A stretch of 64,000 nt of DNA from Eledone cirrhosa (Eukaryota): the NCBI GenBank assembly GCA_964016885.1, contig OZ024741.1, forward strand, positions 142,476,001 through 142,540,000. Direction: 5' to 3'. Below the pieces are notes generated by a model. The model ran no database searches. It was not told the DNA's origin and was given only the letters and a program-made list of their open reading frames with translations. Position numbers and translations under genes: made by a program. Shown here in pieces: positions 10,201 to 20,540 of the stretch; positions within the stretch are counted from its first letter, which is position 1, and each line of letters opens with the position of its first letter.

Positions 10201-12569
10201 GTATGTGGGTCTACATTCTTCAGCCTTTTTGAAGACTTGAAGGAGATTTGGCTGGTATTTCTAACATGTCATATACAGTGGTTGATCCTAGGAATGGCAT
10301 CCAGCCATAAAGAACTTGTCTAAAAGTCAATAGCACAACCTCTCCAGTGTTGGTGAAATGATAAAATACACCCCAGCAAACTCTGTAAAATGGTTAGTAA
10401 TAGGAAGGGTATCCAGCCATGGAAAACTCCATCTAATTGATTGCATCCTCTTCCAAAATGTTGTCTTGTGTTTATGTTAGAATTATTATTATCATTGTTT
10501 ATATTTGTCTTTCTGTTTCCAGAACATTCCACATCAGATGAATGGTAGTGACTGTGGGATGTTTGCTTGTAAATATGCTGATTATATTACTCGAGAGCTT
10601 CCTATCACCTTTACACAGGTCAGTATTATTATTATTAGTTGATGTGAGGGTAGTGGATTTTGCAGAATTGTTAGAACCTCAGACAAAATGCATTGTAGCA
10701 TTTAGTTATGGATCCTTACGTTCTGTGTTCAAATCCTGCTGAGGTCAACTTTGCGTTTCATCCTTGTAGGGATTGATTTAATCGACTTTGCCCTCCCACT
10801 AAATTGCTGGGCTTTTGTGCCAAAATTAGAAACCATCCGAGGTTAACTTTGCCTTTCATCCTTACGGGGTCGATAAAATAAAGTACCAGTAATGCACTGC
10901 GTAATTGCTGGCCTTGTGCCAAAATTAGAAATAATTATTAGTAGTTATGTATTTATTTATATATTGTTTTGATTGTGAAGGTGTTTGGCTCATGATCATA
11001 TGGTTATGAGTTCAGTTCTCTGTGATGCATTGTGTTCTTGAGCAAGACACTTATTTCACATTGTTCCAGTCCATTCAACCATAGCATGCTGTGTCACTGA
11101 TTCTCCCAGGGATACTCAGCCACTTGCACATTAATATCATGAGCAGGCTGCCTATGTCAGTAAGGAAGAGGAGATGAAGACGTATCATTGAGAAAAATTA
11201 GGAATTTCTGAGACAACCTGCAAAAAGCCATGAACTAGATCTGTGGTTGGGAGTTGATGTGGTAGTGGAATGTTAAGTTAGAGCCATGAAAATTAAACCT
11301 GGAGAGACTGGAGAAAGAGGGGAAATGAAGAGCAATACCAGGTACCTAGAAGTGAGGCCAAGCACCAGCTACACCTAGCAAGAGGAGAAGGTGAAAAGAA
11401 GTTTACTCATGTTCTACGTCATGAAGTATTCCGGATTGCAAGACTGTGCTAGAGAAAATTGTATTCAAAATGATAGTGGAGTACTTGCTCTGTCTGATGC
11501 AGAGAAGAGGCATAGAAGTCCTACTATGAGAGATTGCTGAATGAAGACCCAATTGTTACTGATCTACATGATAAATGTACTCAGTACAGGTTCTAAAGTG
11601 GCTGGTGATAGAAGTGTCAGGAGGACCCCTCAGTTGTATCAAAGACACTACTACTTGGTGATCTACACCATAAAATGCACTTGGTAGAGCATGGTAATAT
11701 ATGTAAAATGTGTTGTCGTACCCAGCTTGCCTGGAAGGTCAGTAGTACTGACTCGGTCTGTAAAGATCTGTCCAACCCTTGCTAGCAGAGAAAGAAGATA
11801 TTAACTGATGATATATAGTGCATAATTTATTATAGATATATATGTGGTGCCACAATAAAATGTACCCTGAGTTGTTTTGGAACCATAGCTCAGTTGGATC
11901 AAAGTTGATCTGGAGATTGACTCATAGGTCTGCTAGATCAGAGCTAACCTGGGAATAAAAATATAAGTGTTAATTACACAAGCCAACATGGTTGTTCAAC
12001 CAGTAAAGACTTTCTCAACCATCTTAAAAATGGAATGGCACATTGGATAATGTAGTCTTAGCTACACTATTCTTTTATTAGTTTCAGTCTTTGGGTGCAC
12101 TTGTGTGGAAAAAGGTGTTTGATGATGGACGTAAAACGATGATGATGATAATAAAGATATATATTCAACTATTGTAAGTCTTCAAAACAAACACTTTTTT
12201 CTTCAGAGGCGACTAAAAGGGTTTGAATCAGGAAGAGCATCTAGTTGTAGAATATCATCTCCATTTTATATCCGTTTTTCCATGCCTTCATCTCAAAAAG
12301 TCCTGTACAAATCATGCCAACATAAAAAAGTACATGTAGTTTTACATTGTAGGCATTCCGGCTGTGACCATCTTATCATTTTTTTTTTCAGACATGGTAA
12401 TGGCTGAATGATTAAGGAGTTTGTTTCACAACCACATAGCTTTAGGGCTAAACTATTATTGTCATTACATGCAACCATTTCTACTTCTCTTCTTTCATTT
12501 CAGGCTGACATGCCAACCTTCCGGCGGCTGATGGTGTATGAAATTCTAAAAAAGAAGTTACTTACTTAA
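435..12569 (+). CDS. SENP1: Sentrin/SUMO-specific protease, SENP1/2-like (Ulp1 peptidase C48); 5'-partial, 10 coding exons in window
   Basis: join(435-497,2104-2188,2712-2744,3324-3408,3978-4120,5895-6098,8017-8096,9720-9798,10523-10618,12504-12569). All introns GT-AG with matching phases. Contains WLND..INFY, AFNTFF, RWT, HWCL (His 6084-6086), YYDS (Asp 8053-8055), QMNGSDCG (Gln 10535-10537, Cys 10553-10555) and ends [10 protein letters not shown]. Confidence 0.96.
947..1108 (+). mobile_element. Short retroposon with RTE-type 3' tail (representative of many copies)
   Basis: ggttggcattaggaagggcatccagctgtagaaacc...ccatgcaagcatggaa...gacattaaa(tga)n. Same tail as the RTE LINE at 14651. Confidence 0.8.
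1453..2046. mobile_element. TTAA-targeting (piggyBac-like) non-autonomous DNA element
   Basis: TTAA|ctcttttggtaccaacc ... ggttggtatcaaaaggg|TTAA. Related ends near 4152, 5068 and 25975. Contains three ~49-bp tandem units at about 1595-1740. Confidence 0.75.
2104..2188 (+). CDS. SENP1: SENP exon ([28 protein letters not shown])
   Basis: cag acceptor, gtgagt donor, open frame, charged helical segment. Confidence 0.82.
2712..2744 (+). CDS. SENP1: SENP 33-nt exon ([11 protein letters not shown])
   Basis: Pyrimidine tract then tag acceptor, cag|gtaaaa donor, phase 0-0. Confidence 0.75.
3324..3408 (+). CDS. SENP1: SENP exon ([28 protein letters not shown])
   Basis: tag acceptor, gtaagt donor, phase 0-1 fits both neighbours. 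Confidence 0.85.
3505..3642. repeat. Minisatellite, unit of about 28 bp (catctagtcacactgtgttactggtgtta)
   Basis: 4-5 degenerate tandem units. Confidence 0.8.
3978..4120 (+). CDS. SENP1: SENP exon ([10 protein letters not shown]...[26 protein letters not shown])
   Basis: tttgcag acceptor, gtaaag donor. Start of the C48 domain. Confidence 0.95.
4373..4556. repeat. Perfect 45-bp inverted repeat with 94-nt spacer
   Basis: 4373-4417 is the reverse complement of 4512-4556, followed by extra atatcttttgca units. Confidence 0.92.
4625..5009. repeat. Long palindrome, 192-bp arms, 1-nt centre at 4817
   Basis: 4625-4816 versus 4818-5009 with 3 mismatches seen. Flanked by (TA)n. Confidence 0.96.
5895..6098 (+). 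CDS. SENP1: SENP exon ([12 protein letters not shown]...[10 protein letters not shown]), catalytic His
   Basis: cag acceptor, gtaagt donor, 68 codons. Confidence 0.97.
6118..7470 (-). mobile_element. Decayed RTE-clade LINE fragment (RT C-terminal half and 3' end) in a SENP intron
   Basis: Fragments [28 protein letters not shown] and RSQLRY...[14 protein letters not shown], broken by frameshifts. A related 3' piece lies at about 31440-31590. Confidence 0.88.
7713..7905 (+). mobile_element. tRNA-derived SINE family A (CORE/Meta-like centre ccttgagcaagacactttatttcac)
   Basis: A box tggcttagtgg, B box gagttcaattccc. Other copies near 10975, 19026/20197, 29342, 29700 (-) and 63476. Confidence 0.85.
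8017..8096 (+). CDS. SENP1: SENP exon ([27 protein letters not shown]), catalytic Asp
   Basis: cag acceptor, gtaagt donor, YYDS motif. Confidence 0.95.
9720..9798 (+). CDS. SENP1: SENP exon ([26 protein letters not shown])
   Basis: tttctag acceptor, gtaagt donor, YL..ES.DKK...FD..GW motif. Confidence 0.95.
10523..10618 (+). CDS. SENP1: SENP exon ([32 protein letters not shown]), catalytic Cys
   Basis: ttccag acceptor, gtcagt donor. Confidence 0.97.
10645..10940 (+). mobile_element. tRNA-derived SINE family B, two stacked copies
   Basis: gttcaaatcc..gaggtcaactttgcctttcatcc..ggggtcgataaaataaagtaccag..ggccttgtgccaaaa. Many copies across the window. Confidence 0.85.
11190..11550 (+). mobile_element. 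Degenerate internal fragment of an RTE family related to the 14.6-18.2 kb element
   Basis: Matches the EVFRIAR...YERLLNEE linker region of ORF 16105-16965. Confidence 0.7.
12504..12569 (+). CDS. SENP1: SENP terminal coding exon ([21 protein letters not shown])
   Basis: tttcag acceptor, TAA stop at 12567-12569. Confidence 0.95.
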   Translation, partial: ADMPTFRRLMVYEILKKKLLT

Positions 12570-13197
12570 GCTGTGGGTCAAGAAAAGACTAATTGTTGTT
12601 GTTGTTTTGGTTATTGTCAAAGTTGTAAAAAAACTCTTTCATCATCACCAGGAACAATTTACTTTGGCAAGCCATACTCGTGCCACATGAAAACTGTACA
12701 TATGTCACAACCTTCTCACTTTCTACCATTCATATTTTGTAAAAAAAAAAAAAAAGGAAAAAAACTAATTAAAAATGTTTTGTTTTTTTTTCCTTAACCA
12801 TTTCTTTCTCAAATGAGTTTAATTGATCATCATGAGAAAAGTGTGGGTAAACTGCCTTTCTGTTAATTGAAGCAACTAAAAGTGTCTTTACAGTCATTGC
12901 TGACTAATTAATCAAATCTATTTCTTTAGCAGTACTGGGACGTGTCTTAACTCATATATGGCTTAGTCCAGCTATCTGTAAATAGGTGCAGTGTTGTGGT
13001 ACATTTCACACTGGCAGTAGAACAAGTGGTATTTATTCTCCCTCAGCTTGCAGGTTTATAATATAGATCCAGTATAGAGAGTATAAGACACTTGCCTACG
13101 ATGTTTATCTGTGGGATTGGACTCATTTCATGACAATCTTAACCTCGCAGATAAGCCTAAAATAACCCTTCTCTCTAGTCGCCTATTTGTAGAAACA

Positions 13198-13213
13198 AAT
13201 AAATTCAAATAAA
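13198..13213 (+). terminator. Candidate SENP polyadenylation signals (two AATAAA)
   Basis: AATAAA at 13198 and 13208, about 630 nt after the stop codon. Confidence 0.5.
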
Positions 13214-14524
13214 ATGAAACATTTATTGATTGAATAACTTTAAACTAATAGAAATGGTAAAATCAATAGCTTTCTTTATGAATGATTAAAAACAAACCTT
13301 GGTGGGATATAACATCAGGGTTTTACATATATAAATATACTGAGTAAAAGCTCCCTAACACCCAGATGGAGGTTTTCACTAATTGCTTGGATAATCTCAG
13401 TTGGTCAAAGTTTTCAAATCATGCTACCCCTATTATTTCTGTCCACCTCTGAGGTTTTCCTTTTATTTTTGAGATCAAATCCTACTAAGGATGTACTTGC
13501 CCTTCATCTTTCTGGAGTCACAAGAGCACAAAAAAAGAAAGAATTGCAGAAATGGGGTGAATGTATTAGACATTTTGATTTGGTCAACATACCAACATGG
13601 GATTATGTTGCATATCCTATAGATATGGGTCTATGTTCAAGAACTGCTTGATACTCCTTCACAGTTGAGTAGTTATTGGTAGGAAAGAGAATAATGGTGG
13701 TGAAGATGTAATTATTCATGCCTTACCCCAGCAAGTCTTCACTGCAGGGGGAGGGTGTGAAAAGACGGAGCACAGTTGGTTTCAGTGATGAGTGTTCCAG
13801 TTCGATTAACAGAACAGCCTACTCATGGAGATTCAGTATGATAGATAGTATAAGCATGGCCCTTTGAATTACAGGTACAGTCCATCAATCAGACAGGTTT
13901 CCGTTGAACTAAGTTCACTCATGAGAAATGGGTCATCCCTAAACTAGGGTTGATAATGCTTGGAGCATTTTAGAAACCAATGAATGAACTGTTATTAGAA
14001 ATGTAAGTTTACAGCTTGCAACTGTATGGGTTTGGTCATGTGTATATATATATATATTGTGACTTTCAATTTCCCCATCTAAAATCCCTCCATTAGTCCA
14101 CCCACGTTTTCCCTTCCTTGTGTAACTTCTGATTCACATGCCCCCACCTAGCATCTCATTTTTCCTATCCAGACACATGTTCTACAGCAACATATAGCCT
14201 GCATTCCTCTCAAGTGCCCCAATTCTATAATGAGGTGCTAGTGCCACGATAAAAGCACCCAGTGAGGTGATAGTGCTGGTGCTATGGAAAAAGTTTCCAG
14301 CCCATGTAAGGTGGTTGGCATTAGAAAGGGCATCCAGCAGTAGAAAACCAAACCAATGGATCATGAGCAAGATGTGGTCATCTAACCTGTTTATCCTCAA
14401 CACGCAACCCATTTAATTCATGCAAACATGCAAAATGGTGATAGAGTGCAATCACAAGAGGTGGATAATGCTATGCCTCTGCCCCCCCCCCCCCCAAAAA
14501 AAAATTCTACCATGAAGATGACAA

Positions 14525-14620
14525 CCCTTTAGCATTTACTATTGTACTTCTCAAGTAAAGGCTGGTTTGAACAGAAATAGGTGAGAGAGAATTCTGGCTG
14601 GATATAGCCAGTTTAAATGC
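14525..14620. mobile_element. Short piggyBac-like MITE (CCCTTTAGCATTTA end)
   Basis: Same termini and subterminal sequence as the elements at 19052, 20368 and about 26225-26352. Confidence 0.65.
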
Positions 14621-14650
14621 TTAACTCATGTATCCACATTAACATATATA

Positions 14651-17600
14651 TCATCATCTTCGTTTAACGTCCATTTTCCACGCTAGCATGGGTTAGACGG
14701 GAGTTGTCCCACTTGAGGCAAGGTTGGTCGGGTGACCATGTCTCGCTCATATAGGACTATCTGGCAGGTTTTCTATGGCTGGATGCCCTTCCTAACACCA
14801 ACCACATTTACAGTGTGGAACTGGGAACTTTTTACCGTGTTACCTACATGGCCACATTACAGCGTGGACTGTTTTTTCTCGATCTCATTATCTCATTTAT
14901 TTGGACTGGATGCTGTGGTACCAACTTTATAGAGAGGGTGGTGTTGGTGGGAGTGGGAGGATAGGGTTGGGGTGTTATAGCCTGAAGGGCAATAATAAAT
15001 AGGAGGGGGCTAAGGACAGAGCCTTGGTGAACACCAACTTTTACACTAAAGTTAAGAGGTGCCTACTGACTAGGTTTTGCTTTGTACATAGGCAAGGCGG
15101 GTCTTCTGTATTACTGTGTAGCGCCAAAGATCTCGGTCCAGTGACATTGTCTTAGAGAGGTGCAAGTGTGTAAGGTCGGAATTTATCAGATCGTCCCAGG
15201 TTTTTCTGGGTCTACCTACTCTGTAACTACCATCAATTTTGATCGCCCTGCACTTTTTTTATACAGCTGTCTTTCATGCGCATCACGTGGCCATACCAAC
15301 GTAGTCTTCTCTCGAGTAAACAGCATCTGATCTCACTTAGTTCATTTATGTTTGCCGTTCACGTATATTACATTATTATATCCAACGGAGCATATATACT
15401 TCGTTCCTTTCCAGTCTACACAGTTCCTCTGCACACAATGCCCATGTCTCACTGCCATGTAGCATTGCTGTTCGTATACAATCTGCCTTTCATTTTTAGA
15501 GAGAAACCTTTTGTGGCCAACAGCGGTATAAGCTCTCTGAACTTTTTCCATCCCGTTCTGACTCTGGCTACTATACTTTCAGAACACCCTCCACCACTGC
15601 TGATTTCGTCACCCAGGTAACGGAAAGTGTCTACTATTTCTATAGAACCATCTGGGCAATAGAAGGGGCTAGTATCCTGTTGACACTTGCTACCTATTGC
15701 ACCTGAGCATCGGCCACATATAAAGTCTACATTCTTAGATAGTTTACCTGTGATCCCACTACATCCTTTATGTACCCAGTTTGCATTTGGGACATAAAAT
15801 TGAATTTCTGCCTACTCCTTTCCTACACACTGAGCATGGCCATTTCCCTGAGGGCACCTGTGCCCTATTTTCCTATCTACAAACTAGAACTTTAGTCTTA
15901 GACAAGTTAACTTTGAGGCCTTTTGATTCTAGGCCATGCTTCCATGTTTGGAATTTCTTTTCTAGTTCAGCTATGAGCGTTAGATCATCTGCGTTTAGGG
16001 AGTTCCCGGTCTTGAACTCCTCTGTTATAGCCTGAAGGGCAATAATAAATAGGAGGGGGGCTGAGGACAGAGCCTTGGTGAACACCAACTTTTACACTAA
16101 ATTCTTAACAATATTCATTGTTAACCTTACTGACTGTTTTATTATACATAGCTTGTATAGCTCTCACAAGCCATTCATCTACACCTAGTTTTCTAAGAGC
16201 CCACCAGATAATGGAGCGGGGGACTCTGTCAAAGGCTTTTTCCAGGTCTACAAAAGCTAAGTAGAGGGGTTTACTTTTAGCTAGGTACTTCTCTTGTAGT
16301 TGTCGTACAAGGAAAAGCGCGTCTGTGGTACTTTTACCTGACACAAACCCAAAATGCATTTCATCTAGATCAATTCGCTCTCTGATTAGTTGCGCTATAA
16401 CTCTTTCTGTGACCTTCATGACCTGGTCAACTAACTTAATGCCTCTATAGTTTCCTCTATCTAGAGCATCTCCTTTACCCTTGTAGCAGTTAATGATGCT
16501 GCTGCTACGCCAGTCTTTTGGTATGACTCCACTCTGTATTACTTGGTTAACTATACGGGTGACCATAGTGTGTCCCACCATTCCAGATGCCTTCAACATC
16601 TCAGCAACTATCTCCGAAGGCCCAGCTGCCTTGCCTGTCTTCATATCTTTGATTGCTTTACTTATTATACTACCTTTAACTTGCACCGCTGGTCTTGTTA
16701 TTGGATCGATTTGGGGCAGACTATCTTTTTCCCACTTATTCTCCTCATTTAATAGTCTCTCGTAGTGACACTTCCAGGCTATCTTCTTATCAGCATCAGT
16801 GAAGGCAAGTACACCGTTATCATTATGGACACACTTCTCCCCGACAATATCACGGTTTTCCTTGACACATTGCCTAGCAATCCTGAACACCTCGCGTTGT
16901 AGAACATGCTTTAACTTTCTTTCCTCTGCTTCCCTTTTTGCAAGGTACACTTGTCTCCTAGCCACTTGATAGTGCTCTCTACTTCTCCCATCCTGCCATA
17001 CTTTTTGGCCTTGATTGTCTCTTCTACCTTACTGTTCCACCACCAAGTTACTCTTCTGCCAATAGGTCTGCTCCAGCCACAGATTTCATTCGTTGCTTTC
17101 AGCAGGTTCACTCTCAAGAATTGCCACTTCCTCTATATCGCACGTCTCTAATTGCTCTTCCTTATTGTCAAAGGCATCAAGTAATAAGCTTTTAAATTTG
17201 TCACTGGCTATGGGGTCCTTCAACTTCCATATTCTTCTCAAGGTACCTCCATTCCTGACTATGAGGTCACTAACTACTAGGCTATGTTGAGAGGTACATT
17301 CTTCACGGGGGAGGGATTTAGTGTTTACAACAGACACTTTGTCCCGTCTTCTAGTAAGGATATAATCTATCTGGCTGGCATGTTCCCCTGATCTATAGGT
17401 GATCAAGTGGTTTTTCACGTTCTTTGAAGTTTGTGTTACAGATAGTTAGGTTATTGGCGTCACAGAATTCCAGGATTCTGAAGCCTTCCTCATTTCTAGT
17501 ACCAAACCCATAGCCTCCATGGATTCCATCATAGCCATCACTATGTTGTCCAACGTGGCCGTTTAGATCGCCAGCAATAATTAGGTAGTCGCTGTTGGTT

Positions 17601-18200
17601 ATTTGGGAGGTAGTGTGCATTAGCATCTCATAGAACGTGTCCTTTATAACGTCAAGTAGACCAGATTGGGGTGCATAAGCGGATATTATTGTCACTAGTT
17701 TTATTTAGAACTAGCCTTATTTTAATTATTCTGTCATTTACTCTATTTACGTCGATTACTTTATCTACCCATTTTTCAGCTAACATAATTCCTACTCCAC
17801 CCAGTCCGTAGTCATTTCACACACAGAAAAGTTTATAGCATCATTTTTTTATCCACGATGAATCTGGCAGACCCCCCCCCCCCTCTCCTGAATACAACAA
17901 ACATCAACTTCTTCACGTTCAAGCATCTCTACAACCTCATTTGAGCGACCTTTTAATGTGCCTACGTTCATGGTACCAACTCTGAAGTTAGGAGGGTGGG
18001 ATGGATGGGTTAGAGGGGCAGGGAGACGGAATTATGTTGGTCATCTGTGTCTGAAATAAACAGGGGCCCTTGTATTCTCGTCCTGCAACAGGAGGTGAAT
18101 TTATCTTTATCTGTGATATCGTCATTGAACGCTTAGACTTTCCAAATCTCCGCAGTCAACCCATCAAACAGGTCTAAACTTAAGGAGTAGAAACCGGGGC
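14651..18200 (-). mobile_element. Near-full-length, inactivated RTE-clade LINE (APE endonuclease + RT + 3' UTR)
   Basis: APE motifs VGTMNVGTLKGR, IISAYAPQ, IAGDLNGHVG and QIDYIL. RT motifs GKAAGPS, NYRGIKL, FVDLEKAFDRV, HQGS, mutated NADD and FRYLG. Many frameshifts, (TGA)n tail. 5' boundary approximate. Confidence 0.95.
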
Positions 18201-19051
18201 GGTAGCTTTGCTATACTGATTTATTAGGGAACTTACTAAAGCCGCTGAGTTATGATTGGACCATTAGCAATGGTGGTGTGTGAGGGCGGGAAATGGGTAA
18301 CTTTAGGAGAAGGATTTGATTTAGGAAGGGTCCAACAGAATGAGACATCATTTAAAAACATGTAAATATTAATTGAAAATCCGAGAGAAACAACCGGGGA
18401 ATTTGAATTGTAGACTAGCATAGCCCAGAATTTAAAAACAATGCTATATACATAATCACCGCTTAATGTCTTTTCTGCACCTGCAGTTGTTAGGTCCGGT
18501 GACCATGTGTTCATATGGATGCTTTTTTTGCTTGATTTCTATGATTGGATGCCCTTCCTAATGTCAGCTACACTACTATCATACAGGGTGTGAGAACAGA
18601 GTATCATCCTTTAACCCTGTCAAAATTTTATAGATATCTCAAGTGTCAGTGCCAGGATAAAATGCACTCAGTACAAATTGATATAACTTACCCGTTACAT
18701 CCATTATTTTGGGTTGGCAGTGGACTGAAAGAGACCCAGTTTTGATCTACTTCACCTTTTTAATACCTCCAGTGAAATTTTTAAATGTTATTTTAACAAA
18801 AATGGAGGGGAAACTAACTAATGATTGTAACTTCAAAAAAGCCATTATCATCATTATTAAGTCAGTAAATTGGTAATGTTAGTGTTAATGCCATGATAAA
18901 ATGCACTTAATCACTCTACCAAAGGGGCTGATGTTAGGAAGGTATAAGAAAGATGTGGTTCTACGACCCATCAAACACCATGAATACCTGTCCAATCCAA
19001 GCCAGCAGACATAAAATGTATATATGTGAAGGCACATGGCTTAATGCTTAA

Positions 19052-20192
19052 CCCGTTAGTATTTACATTACTCTATACATACTATTGTATTTTTGTGGTA
19101 AAAGCTTTATCTTACATAATTATCTGAGATTTTTATATTATTTATTTTGAGAACAATACCTTAACACCAGTATGAGTAGGCAGTTGTAGGCATAAAAATA
19201 ATAATGAAATTATTGTGTAAAGTGCTCAGGTGCACTACAACTCGTCAATATAGTACATAGAATAATACACAAATGTCAGGGAAGTACATGTGTGTATGTG
19301 TTAGCGGATCTCGGGAAGCATGGAAGCCTTAAAGGATGCAGTGTCTCGACAGCTAACAACTGATGCAGGTAGTTTGTTCCATGCTTCAGCAACTCTGAGC
19401 GTGAAAAAATGTTTCCGAAAGTCATGGGAACTGTGCTGTTTTCTTACTTTGTGGGCATGTCCACGTGTGTTAGACACATGGAAATCGAAAAGGTACTCAG
19501 GGTTGTTGTTGGTAACATGGTTAACAATTTTGTGGGTGTTTACCAAGTCAGTTGCCAGGCGTCGGAGCTTCAATGAATCCATGCCCAGGGAAGCAAGGCG
19601 TTCAGAGTATGGTAGATGCCTGATGGAGGGTATTCGCTTGGTTGCACGTCTCTGAACAGTTTCCAGGCGGTCAATGTCCTGAGCAAGATAGGGGTTCCAG
19701 ACTGGTGATGCAAATTCTAAGTGTGGTCGCACCATAGCTGTATACAGCCTTAAATAGATATCTGGAGAGCGGCTGACAAAGGTCTTGCCGAGTGATGCTA
19801 AGACACCCTCAGCCCTCTTGACAATTTTAGAGACGTGCCTCGTCCAACGCAAATCGCTGATGACCGTAATGCCCAGGTCACGTTCACAGGAAGACTTCTT
19901 GATATTACTGCTGTGGAGGGAGTATGTGGACGCTGGGTTTTTACTCCCAAAATGCATGGTGGTGTACTTGTCCACAGCTAGCTCGAGTTGCCAGTCTGAG
20001 ATCCACTGTTGCATTGTGTCCAGGTCAGACTGCAAGCAAGATCTATAGTGTTCAGGATCTGTCCTTTTTATCTCAAGGTACAGCTTGATGTCGTCTGCGT
20101 ACTTTAGTACTGTGGTATTCCTTAAGTTGGCATCTATGTCATTTTGAACAGAAAGAGGTGAAAGAATTCTGGCTGGTTTAAACGCTAAAGGG
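19052..20192. mobile_element. piggyBac-like MITE with TTAA target-site duplication, carrying a nested LINE
   Basis: TTAA(19048-19051)|cccgttagtattta ... taaacgctaaaggg|TTAA(20193-20196). Confidence 0.8.
19198..20143 (-). mobile_element. 5'-truncated CR1/L2-group LINE; RT C-terminal frame open from 20143 to 19301
   Basis: YADD at 20101-20090, then ERDLG and VRPHLEFASPVWNP..DIDRLETVQRRATK. Short 3' UTR with an (ATT)n-like tail. Confidence 0.93.
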
Positions 20193-20367
20193 TTAAGGTG
20201 TGAGGCTTATGATCATGGGTTTGATACCTGGATTAGGTGGAGTGTTGTGTTCTTCAGCAAGACACTTCATTTCACATTGTTCCAGTACACTCAGCTGAAA
20301 ATGAGAACCAGCAGTACCAGGGGTTTAACCTGGATTGGTGTCCTGCCTAGTACCCTCTGTTGCTTGA

Positions 20368-20540
20368 CCCTTTTGCATTTAAACTGGCTGAATTCTCTCA
20401 CCATTCAAACCAAGCTGCTCATACTGATGTTAAGGTATTGTTCTCAAAATATATATTAAAATCTCATAGATCCGATATGAAGTAAAGCCTTTACCATGAA
20501 AATATAATAGTAAATATAGAGTAATGTAAATGCTAAAGGG
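20368..20540. mobile_element. Second copy of the same piggyBac-like MITE, opposite orientation
   Basis: ttga|cccttttgcattta ... taaatgctaaaggg|ttaa. Confidence 0.75.
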
